Below, in pieces: positions 12,183 to 23,600 of a DNA stretch of 64,000 bases; position 1 is the first letter of the stretch; each line of letters starts with the position of its first letter. The position numbers were made by a program, and so were the translations under genes. The notes beneath the pieces were generated by a model, which saw only the letters and a list, made by a program, of their open reading frames with translations, did not search any database and was not told where the DNA came from. Source of the stretch: Dimorphilus gyrociliatus (Eukaryota; Animalia; Annelida); the NCBI GenBank assembly GCA_904063045.1, contig CAJFCJ010000007.1, positions 2,673,404-2,737,403 on the forward strand, in the 5' to 3' direction.

Positions 12183-13491
12183 ATGGCAGAGGAGGATAAA
12201 ACCCGCAATAATTCCGTTCAACACACTAATCCACCTATTAATTGGTTTGAAAATCTTCAAAAATATTTAATGGGTAATATGGAAGTTTTGGATCAATTTC
12301 TGGAAGATAAGCCGGTGCTCTTACAATTTCCAATTTGGATGTTAAGAGCAACTGGTGCCCCTATATTCGTGAACAATCCGTTAAGTGGGGTGTTTATTCT
12401 TGCAGCTCTTTTTTACTCGAATTCATGGGTTTCCGTATGCGCTCTGATGAGTCTTGTTGTGGCTATCTCGACAGCCTTACTCTTAAATCGTGATCAATCT
12501 GAAATATCCAGCGGTGGCATAACGTTCAATAGTATGTTGACTGGAATTATCGTTTCTAGTATGATTGACAAGGATGATTGGTACCCATGGACAATATTTC
12601 CCATCGTATTCTTAAGTTTTTCATGGTAAGTTAATTAATTATTATTTTACAGAATATAGAGAAATAACTATTAAATTTAATAAAACGACAAAAACTTTAT
12701 AAAGACAATTTTCTATAAAATATCAAAATATTACAGTGTTTTCATCAGTTATGGACTAAATAATATTTTCTCGGCAATTGAAGCCCCAGCATTGAACTTA
12801 CCCTTTTGTGTATTATCATTTATCTTCATTGGATCGTGCTTATCAAATACTGATAACAATTATTTTCCGATTAAAACATCAGTAGGATACAATTATACGG
12901 ATGATTTGGAATGGGGAAAAGTTTTTAAATCAATTGTCACAAGTGCTGCACAAATTTACGGTTCAGACAAAGTAGTTTGCGGCGTTTTGGTTCTGATGGG
13001 TCTCTTCGTTAGTTCTCCAATCATTTGCTTACATGCTGTGTTGGGAGTTATTTATAGTTCTTTAGTTGGTGAGTCGTTACTTTTAAATTTTCTTCCTCAT
13101 TAAATGATATAAAATGATTAATTTTCGTTATAAAGCCGTTGCTATTGACGCTCCTCCTGAAGAGATTTATAACGGATCATGGTCTTACTGTGCATTACTG
13201 ACTTGTGCCAGTTTGGGAGGTTTCTTTATTGTTCTTAATATAAGAACTCATATATTGGCAATAACTGGGGCTTGTTTGTCGACGATAGCATTTGGAGCGT
13301 TAAGAGAATCGTTAAAACCTTTACCAGTTTTGGCATTCCCGTTTGTTCTAACAGCAGTAATTCTTTATAAATCCGCCGACGATGTTTACTTTAAGAAAAT
13401 ACCACTTCAGAGTATATCATATCCGGAAAAACATATCAAGGAGTACGGTCATCAAAATTCAGCTGTTTCTCCAATAGTACCACCCGTATAA
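12183..13491 (+). CDS. SLC14A: Urea transporter (UT/SLC14) family channel, divergent filter residues; 3 exons
   Basis: FVNNPLSG, WYPW, AQIYG, two pseudo-repeated hydrophobic halves with P..xLPF and LP..xFPF motifs. Introns at about 12626-12736 and 13069-13134. Confidence 0.9.
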
Positions 13492-13707
13492 TCCAAAAAT
13501 TCCATGGAAAGAATACACGAACACGTATTTAAAAAAAAACGTTCCATTATAGAATAGCAGATTGTTTACTATTTCTGCACCGAATATTTAATTAGTGAAG
13601 TTTTATGCAAATTGTAATAATTATAGATATAGCTAGATAAAAAATAAACAAACAAATAAATAAACAAAACAGTAAGAGCGGCTAAACAATAATAAATATG
13701 TGTTTTA

Positions 13708-13977
13708 TCACATTTGAGGATTAAAATAGAACATTGTAAAAAAGAGAAGCAATATTAATAAAACAATTAAAATACTAGTGCTGGTAAATTTACATTGATC
13801 AGTTTGATACCAGTTTTGTCTTTTTTCATTATTTTCTACCGACAGTGTTCTCTCATAATTCATTGTAGAAGACATATTATTTGTATCACTGTTATTGTTT
13901 GCCTTTACAATGTGAGAGTCTTTTCCATCGTCCTCTCTCGCGTAATCTCTTAACATTGAATAACGAACCTCAGCCAT
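13708..13977 (-). CDS. Small orphan protein (~89 aa) with a single C-terminal transmembrane helix (tail-anchored-like)
   Basis: ATG at 13977 (MAEVRYSMLRDYAREDD...). Hydrophilic Asn/Ser-rich body, then SILIVLLILLLFFTMFYF and NPQM*. No family recognised; a short upstream exon near 14180-14192 is possible. Confidence 0.45.
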   Translation of the reverse strand: MAEVRYSMLRDYAREDDGKDSHIVKANNNSDTNNMSSTMNYERTLSVENNEKRQNWYQTDQCKFTSTSILIVLLILLLFFTMFYFNPQM

Positions 13978-14668
13978 ATAATCAATATTTTCTTTCGTCA
14001 AGACGAAATATAAATAGTAACAGGAATAGAAGCATAAAATATATTCTGATAATGCTTTGTATTGTATTTCTATATATACAAATATATATTATTTTATATT
14101 AATATTTAATATTTTCACTCCATTCACTTTGAACCGATATTAAAGATAGGTTACAGGTTTACTAGCTTGATATATACACCTATTGAGTCCATGAGGCCTC
14201 TACTATTATGCCTGCATTGAGTAAGTGTTCCTCTGTGGCCTTAGGAATAATATAAATAGAAAATATTTAGCAGACAGCTAGTTTTTCTTTTTTTTTTTTG
14301 CATGCGAACGATAGATGAATGAATATTGATGTTTGTCAACAATTTTTAAACTATTAATTAATAATACTAATGGTTTATTTACTTATTTTTCTGTACATAC
14401 TTATCACAGACGTAGAATTATCACCTGGACAGAGAGAGAATGAAAAGCTTTACGCTTGTTTCTTTTTTCTCAGCAAAAATGACAAACAATAGACGTAAGC
14501 TTCCCTCAAAGAAAATTTATATATATATATTAATAATTGTAAATAAAGAGTTTATAATAGGAAAAAAATGATATCAAAAAACGGAATAGAAACTGATAAA
14601 ATAGATTATTTCTTTCTTCTGTGCTCTTATTTGTTGGTTTGTTTTGTTTTGCTTTTTGCATAGTCTTT

Positions 14669-17600
14669 CTATTTTGTATCACAAAGTAAAGCCACTCCTC
14701 TTAGGATCCAGTGATCTGGAGTTTTGGAACATTTTAGTTGTACAACCGCAATATAGGTTAAATCTGTTCTTCTCGGCTTTTTATATATCGGACATATGTA
14801 TAGAGGAGTATTCTTAGTTTCGCTTGTTGTTAGCGAATTGATAGCGTAGATATGTATAATTGGCATTTGTTCAAAAAGTACTTTGGCTTTCGCTTCTATT
14901 AATCTATGATTTCTCTTGTCCCATGCTGCACCCTCTAAGAAGAGGCCGTAGACGTATACTCCTTCATCCGGTCCAACTTTGACATCGTCTTTCATCATTT
15001 TCATCACCTATTAGAAGTTAATTGGTATTTTTTGTAATTTTTTCTTGATAAAGTAATCAATACTTACATCATTAGTTAGAACTACGGTATCGAGAGCCCA
15101 GCCTTTGTGGGCGCGGGTAACTTCCTGTCTCATGGCAGTTATAAATCCTTGAGGATTAAAGAATCCTGTCATCCAGAAGCAAGTAGGTCGACCCTCGAAT
15201 ACCCAAGAATGAAATTGATTATTTCTATCAATTAATTCAGTAAACCAAAAGCCGAGAGAAGATGATTCCCAAGAAATTTTCCTCCAGGCATTTGGAATAC
15301 GAGCATCAAACATACAGTCGAGGGCATCTCTCAAAGAGTCAGACATAATGATTGTACCATCGATAGCTAATTTCAGGTCATTTAGTGTCGAACGAACGCA
15401 TGAGATAACCTTTTGCATTCTGTCAACTTCTTGCCTTAAAAAGATGTTCATTGGTTGTAAGCTACCCATCTTTTGCAACCTCTCTTGTACTTCAAATGGT
15501 ATGTAATCGTTCGGTAGTTTATCAAGCATGTCATCAGCTAATCTGTAAACATAACTTTCTCTGGTCTCTCCTCCACCACCAGACGAATCTTTGGGTTGTA
15601 TACTTAAAGTTGTGTCCAGAATAGACTTAACCGTTTTTGTTTGATAGGTAATATCGGCATTTGAGTGAAGACCAAATACCTCGGGACTATCGGTATTTGG
15701 TAAATCATTTATATAGTCATTGATATCGTTAATCTTTTTGCCACTCGGTATAACGTATTCATTATGGAAACTGAAGCTACTGGCAAACATCTCATCTTTA
15801 AACCATGTTTTACAGAAAGTATTTAGTAGACGTTTATCGAAGTCATCTGTAACTCTACCACCGTATTGAATTTCCCCAAACATATAGCGAACGCACGTCC
15901 AATTCACACCTCTCTTCAAGTCGGTATCGTCTAAATGATTTTGAACAAATTGAACTGATGCGTTAAAATCGGCTGTATTAAACTCATAAGGTATATTCCA
16001 GCCTAATGGACCGAATTTTCTTCGTTCCTGAACGACAGAGTGCAAAAACGCCACACCAAAAAGCATAGGCCTCCATTGTGGCATATTAGATATATCTAAG
16101 AAATCTTGCGTAACACCTGCATATGTTCTCTTTAAACCAGCTTTTACACCTTGAGGTGGTTCGTTTGTGAATTTTATAGACATTTGTAAAAATGTTATAG
16201 GGAATTTTGGATGAATTTCGGTCGTTACCCATACTCTGAATTCATCATGAATTTGTTCAGTTTCTAATACTTGATCCATAACCTCAATAACGTATGCCAA
16301 ACTCAAATGGCAATTTTGTAATAGTACCCAACCACCGTTTGTCATACAATTGCTCATTAATCTACGAGCGTGAATTTCTTGACCTTGACCCATAGAAATA
16401 GCTCGACATTCAACTTTGTGCTTTTTAGCCAAAGCCTCTATGCTGCTTGTTGGATCCGAACCCATAGATAGAAGACCAACAAGTGGGGTTCTGCTGACAC
16501 TCTCTTCCCAAACTTTCTCAACATCCAATATTATCCCTTCAGCATACTTTTCGCCAAGAGAATCAGCGACGTACTTTCTGGCCTGAGACAGAGTTCTGTC
16601 CGGACACCAACATCGGACTAGTAATAATCTTCTAAATACATCTAGTGTGTTATTGTAGCCATCTGGTATAGTTTCTTCTTCAGGGGCCTCTTTGTCGAAC
16701 CAAGACTTCCACTGTTTTTCATTACGAGCAACTTGTTCTAAAATACCCGAGAACTGATGTAAATTAGATAATTCAACCAAATTCAACCATGTTGTATCAG
16801 TAATCCACTTAGCAGGTATCGGCTGTACGACCTTTAAATCTAGAGATGCTCCACCCTTGATGAACGTAAGGAATTCTTCTCTTTTAATCTTGCCGCTCTG
16901 TATATCGATTTTCATGGCTAATAAGAGAGTAAACATCATCTTATCGCATTCGTAAAGTCCTCTTACTGTATACTTGAATACTTCAAAAGTCATATATTCA
17001 ATTATATTTTGCATTCTCTTTTGAGTGATAGGTGATTTTTGAGATTTAGCCATAGATTGATCGAAAAGACCTAAGAATTGTTTCAACGATGTCTGATACA
17101 TTACATTTACAGTTGACATTTCAACGATAATGAAATAGAGAATTGAGCCTCTTGTAGCTACTGGTCTAAACTCTTCTCTTGCAGCATTTATCTTTATTTC
17201 TGTATCGGCAGCAATTTGTAATTTTTGGTTGACATCTACCGATGTAACCTTTGTGGTTTTTAATACATCTATCAAATTTTCATCGTCAACTAATGAACCC
17301 TCAGTTGATGTTAATCTGAACAATAAATTATCTTCCAATTCCTTCATTTTCCGTTTATTGGCTGTTACATCTTCCATTAGTTTTACTCTTTCGGATTCTA
17401 ATTCCGCTTTTTCAGTTAGAATTACCCGACCAAGCAACTGATCTTCAAGACCCTTTATTGTAACGGTGAAATCAATAATAGCAGTTCTGGCCGATATCTC
17501 TGGAGTATAGATGGGGTTGGGTAGTTTTGTTGTTATATATAATCTAAATCCGTCCATAACATCAACCTCTTTGTCACCAACTTTTACTTTGAAAGTCGAC

Positions 17601-20600
17601 CCTGATTTTATGTAGTTCTTTTCCAAAACGTTGTCCAAAGCCGGATCCAATTCCTCGCCCACATCTTCAATAAGCAATGGTCTTCCTAAACTTAATGCGT
17701 CTTCTAAATGTTGTCTAAAGTACTTATGATTTAAACTTGTAATTTGTAGCTCATTCTTTGATTCTTTGTTCTTAATCCAAGTAATACCTTGTGTCTGAGG
17801 ATCAATGAGTAAAGGAAATCTTGCTGCTTTTGTAACAATTATACCATTCTGAATAGAAAGTTCATCATTAGGTAAGCCTTCTAAGTTCCATTCGGCTACT
17901 GTTGTAGGGTCGGTTAACATACCAAGAACATTAAGATTTGCAGTATAAGGTATTTTTCTAGTCTTTAATTCTTTTGTCCAATGTTTGTTTAATAAAGATC
18001 TAAAGTCTTGATTAAATGGTCCTGAGTAGGAAAGGAAGGCGGTGCACATTAAAATGTCACCTACTAATCGGCCAATTTGAGCTTTAAATTCTTTACTCTG
18101 TTCTGTCCATCTCTCTCTTTCTCCAGCCAATCCATTGATTAATTCCGAAGCTGCGTTCATTTTCCTCTTACAGCGATCAGCGTCGTCAAGTAGATCTTGC
18201 TTGTCTTTCATAGCTTTATCGTAAACTGCTTGAACTTTATCTAACTCCTTCTGCTTGTCGTCTAATTGAGCCTGAGCTTTGTTCAAATCTCCCATTGCAG
18301 CTTGTAATCTGGCCTCTTGAACAGCAAGATTAGCCTTAAGAGGTAATACTTCTTTGTTGATGTAAAAGAATTTAGCCATAGCTGTAGTCCAAGACAAAAG
18401 TCCAGCAACGTTACCACAAACTCTCTTTGCTTGTTCCATGTTGTAATCTTCCCCAGCGAAATAAGGTTGCAACAGCTCAACAGTTTCATCATTTATAGTA
18501 TCCTTAGGGAAGGAAAGTAAAGCTTGTAAGAAATTTCCTCCTGACATCATTTTTAAACTTTCTGACCAACTAGTCTTAATTCCTCCTTTTTCTTCATCAA
18601 TAGCTGTTGGTTCAACTCTTCTCTGGAAGAGAATGAGTACACAATCCATAATTTTCGTAATTAAATATGGAGGACGTCCAAGTTTTCTGACAGTTGCAAT
18701 ATCGGCTGGTTTAATAGTGTTTAGAGCTGCCTCAGCTTCTTCAAGGGCAGGTCTAGCTGCTTCCAACTTTCCCTCAGCGATAACTTTATCGGCTTCAATA
18801 GAATCTACAATAGCTTGAGCTTTATCCTTAACTTTTTGCACCTGATTTTTAATTTTTTGAGCTGCTTCAGCCTTGACTGTAACTTCTTTCAGAACTTCGC
18901 TTGCTTTCTCTGAAGCAACAGCCAATTCCTTTTCCTTTTCGACTAACTCCTTAGCTAACTCGGCCACTGATTGGGCAGCCTCAACTAATTTAGCCAAACC
19001 TGTATCCATACGGTCAGCCATATCACCTATTTCTTTCTTTTTAGTCGCATAAACTTTCTTATATCCTGCTATAAAGGATAGATATGACTTAGGAGTTACA
19101 TGAGCAGTTCGTCGATATCTTTGAAAATAGTCTAAGCAACTTTGGGCGACTCCGTCATGAACAGTACCCATACTGTGTATAACCTGTTTCTTTATTTCAG
19201 GTGAACATTCCATCGGGAAGACATGAAGGAAGTGATCAGCTACAGCAATAAGAGCTTCCTTTGGCCAACGTTGGAACCAATCCATTGTACATCCTGAAAT
19301 TAGTCCTGGAAATTTCAAGGCTCTCGATCTAAATTTCTCTCCAACTGGTGAGAAGCAAAGTACTACATGCAAATTCTGTCTTGTTCTACTTAAAAAGTAA
19401 TCGTAAAGATTTTCATTTGTAGGTGGTCTTCTAGGATATTCTTTCTTCATAACAGATATAAGTTCTTGCGTAATTTCATCTAACTCATCTCTGGCGAATA
19501 AGTTAGATACTACACCAGAGCTGAGAACGTTATTAAGGTACTCAAGGAAGCCTTCGTCCTTTATTTCTTGATCAGTAAAGATAAAGGTAATACCCTGACC
19601 TTGATGTCCAGCTACTCTGTATAAGTATTTCAAATCTTCCAGCAAATTGGAAACATTATATGAACGTGTCAGAGTTATTTGGAAGGTTTTATAACCAGCG
19701 ATAAACGATGCCAATCTTGTTAAAGACTGTTTTCCAGAGCCACCAACACCTACTAGAAGAGCGTTGCCTCTTGGAGTTCTGATAATTCTTGAAATCTTTA
19801 CTAAATGAATCATTGCATCAGTGAAAAACACCAAATCCATGCCGGATCCTCTAATAGATTCATTATATTGTTGAAGGAACATCTGTAAACGATCTTTCAG
19901 TTGATCAAAATTTTCGACCTGCAAAAAATAAGATAAACAATAACTCTATTCAAAATATCGTTATTTCAATCTCACAGGTTCATACACTTTCGGCATATCG
20001 AAATCAGCATCTTCCGGTTCTTCTCCAGTTGCTTCTGGGGCATCTCTATTTTAGTAAAAAAAACCTAAATAAATATAAATTCTATAACATTTCATTATAT
20101 TAAAGTGCCAATAGTGTAATTAGGATATTTAAAGGTTAATGAAAAAAGCAAGAAGATTACATACATAACAACGATAACAACAATAACTAATAACAGTGAT
20201 AAGGAATAGCAAAACTACTAATATGCTTGAGTTTTTAACGAGTGTAGTTGAGTAAAAGTATCCATCTTGATTGAACTTGAACATTGCTATTATAAAGTGC
20301 CTCTCTGGCATGCCCAAAATGCCAAGATATAACAATTAATCTAAATAATACCTAGATATTTTCCAGAAAGAAATAGGGAAGGGGAATTTTATGCAGGATG
20401 AAATATTATGAAAATCGGTGGTCCGTGTTGATATCTTTTCAGAAATTCTAAAAAATTTAGACTTAAACTAAAAGAAGATATCTTTTTATTTTTGGCTACT
20501 TTTCACTTCCATTTTATCCAATAAGCGATCATGGAAAACGTATAATGAAAACATAAACCGATTCTAAAGTAGAAAATATATCAAATTGAATGAAAAATGT

Positions 20601-23600
20601 CTCCAAAAATGAACATCAGATGTAAAATAGAGATAACAAACAACTAAAAAAAATGATGAAAAATCGAGTATTTAAAAATCAAAAGAAATTGAAGATGTAG
20701 AAAGCTATAATTTTTGTCTAAGATCCTTTTTTTTTGATATTTTCACCTCATAAAATCCATGAAATATCTCGAATTTTCAGTGTATTGACCAAAATCTTCT
20801 CCAATATCTTCAACAACAACCCGCTGAATAGTCTTTTCGAACCACTGAACGTCCGACACTTCAACGCATCTATAGGATTATGGGGTGGCAAGTGCATGGT
20901 TAATGAACAAAGGCAGTTAATTGAGTGCTAATATTATTATTATTATTTAATATAAGAACGCCTCTAAGTTGTCATTTAAGAAATTATAATAAAATAGACA
21001 ATTAGTGACGTTCTATAGGTAAATATCAATTGTAAAATCTATTAGGTGAAGCGTACAGGAACAGTAAACTGGTGCAAATAAGTTTTGGTACATATTTGCT
21101 ATTAGCATGCATTCGGTCACCTATTGAAGTCAACCCAAAGTGATTTAGATTGGTCAACAATTTGACCAATACTTTCGCTTAAATCTTCTGTTGCGACTCT
21201 AGTCGCAGTTTTCGTAAACCAATGATAATCATCCAAAATAGTGAACCTTTGTATTTTGCGCGAAATATTTAAATACATGCATAAGTGATAAAAGAAAATT
21301 TTGTTTTAAATATCTTATATATTGTCTAAAACTATAGCTGTAAATAAAAAATATCTGATCTAAATAGAAAACAATAAACCAGACTAACCTGTCAGCTATG
21401 ACTCGACAGCTCTCGTGTTTCCATAAAGCCAAGAGGGTAGGAACGTCCTTAATAACATCCGAAAGTGTATTAATCATGCCCTGCCATATTCTAGATAAGT
21501 CTCTAAGATTGAAAATATAGTGAAATTTAGCTGGTGTTGGCAACATTTTAATTTTTGTTAGCTGCCACAATCTCCTTGTGACTGGAACTAATTTAGCAAC
21601 CATATCTCTGACTTCCTCACTAAATCCTCTTTCTGCACAATAATGACCACAGCCAATAATACTAAATATTTTATCGATTGATGTATTTGATGGTAGTGTA
21701 CAATTGAAGATATTGAATTGTCTCTTAAGACGCTGGGGTATATCATTTCGACCTCCCCCAGGTTGGATCATAGCAGCCATAAATTGAATATCTACAATAT
21801 TTGTAAAATCACCAGGCTTCTCCAGATTGTAAAATCCTCTCATTTCCATCAGTTGACGTACAATTTCGTTTGCAATTTGATCTCCCCATTCGTTGATTAC
21901 TGGCATATTAATATCATCAACGAAAACTGTCATCTTCTTTCCTGCTGGGGGTCCATAAGTTGAACCCATTCGTTTGTCGACATAGCTTTCAATAGTCCTC
22001 TGGAACATTAATGGTGTTGTGGCTGATGAAAAGTTGAATGACTTTCCTAAATGATTTTCAGGATTATATCTTGCCATGTAACCGTTTATCATGACTGTTT
22101 TAGCTGTTCCCTGTTCACCAATGAGAAGAATTGCTTTTTCTTGTTTGGCTATTGTTTCAATGAGAAAATCTGTTCGGACATTATCGACATTTGGTACTAA
22201 AATGGAGCCGTATTCAGGAGTTGAATCTTTTGGATAGATATATTCTTGAACTCTAGAATTCCAATGAACCCAACTGCCATCTTGTGCCACCAAATAATCA
22301 AATATGGATCCCTCGTTACCTTCACCTTCACCCAAATCTGGCAAATTTAATTTGAACTCCTCTGTCTTTCGAAGCATTTCTTCGAATTTCGCTCTATCAT
22401 CTAACTCAAGGAAGGCACCAATTGACCACATGATTATGAATACATACAACTTTTCATAAAAAGCTTTTGACGGACTTTCACCATGACTGGTTGGAGGAAT
22501 TAATCCTTGTAAGAGATCACAACACTGTCTGATAACAAATGCTTCAAGGACATCCATCTTGAAAACAAAATTTTGAATGGCATATCTATAAATTTGACTG
22601 AAAGAGTCGTCAAATAGCCCCATTATGATGGCTTGTTCTTGAACTGATCTACTATTAAGCCATCCTTCTAAAATTGGTCTCCAATTAAGACCTGAACTTG
22701 ACATGTAAACCATACCGTTTCTAGAAACAGTAGCTGGAGAAGCGTTGTCGATATTATGAGGTTCAAAAATGATTTTACAATTAGCAGCCATTGGAATACG
22801 ATCTCCGTTTGCCAAAGTCAATGTCTTGTTGTCGTCCAATACGGAATTCAAATTTTCGATCCAAATTGCATCTACGGGACCATCAAGAACCAACCATACA
22901 TGCTCACCCTTCTTAGCTCTAAGTGTTCGACGCCAAAGTGTAGAGAAAATACCATCTGTCCAATCGTTTGTAGCAACGTCCAATCTGCCAAACATTTGGG
23001 GAGCTGTAATAGCTTTTGGATTCATTCTCATTTCTCTATGAGGTTCTCCACAATCAGACATAGCTTTCATTAAGATATGAATGCAAGAAGTTTTGCCAGC
23101 ACCGGATGGACCTAGAGTCATCATACCATGTCTAACACGTTGAGTTTCGAAAAGTTGAATCAGTTTCAATACCCAAGCAGGATGATTAACTAATTTAGCA
23201 TTTTCTACTTGCATCCTGATTGCTGACTCTAATTCAGGATAACCAGCTTTATCTAGAGTAATACCAGGGAAGAGATCGTTAATTAGTGATAAGAATAGAG
23301 GTTCATCCTGATCAACTAGTTTTGACAAGTTCATGTCTCGAAGAACTCTCATGACAATTGTTTGCTCAGTATCATTTGGACTTGAACGTTTGACGGCTCC
23401 CAATGTTCTCAAAACAGATAAGATGTTTCTCAAACCAAAATCGTAATGGACCTGTTTTGTGAGTTGTTCTTCGCACAATTTATAAAGAACAAAGAATTTT
23501 CGAGCTAACACAACGTTATCGATAAAACCAACAGAGGCTAGTTTAACTCTTATAATAATCTGTCTATCAGGAACCATCATAGCTACTGTCCTAAAATTGA

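Noticed and set aside
20485-20565. Intronic peptide VFHDRLLDK resembling the dynein RVFxDRL motif (possible third duplicated exon)
   Set aside because: It enters in the wrong phase, runs into a stop and has no suitable donor; probably coincidence.
21229-21388. ORF-track C-terminus of the 2088-aa dynein ORF ([11 protein letters not shown]...)
   Set aside because: This is read-through of the intron after the AG|gttagt donor at 21388, not protein.
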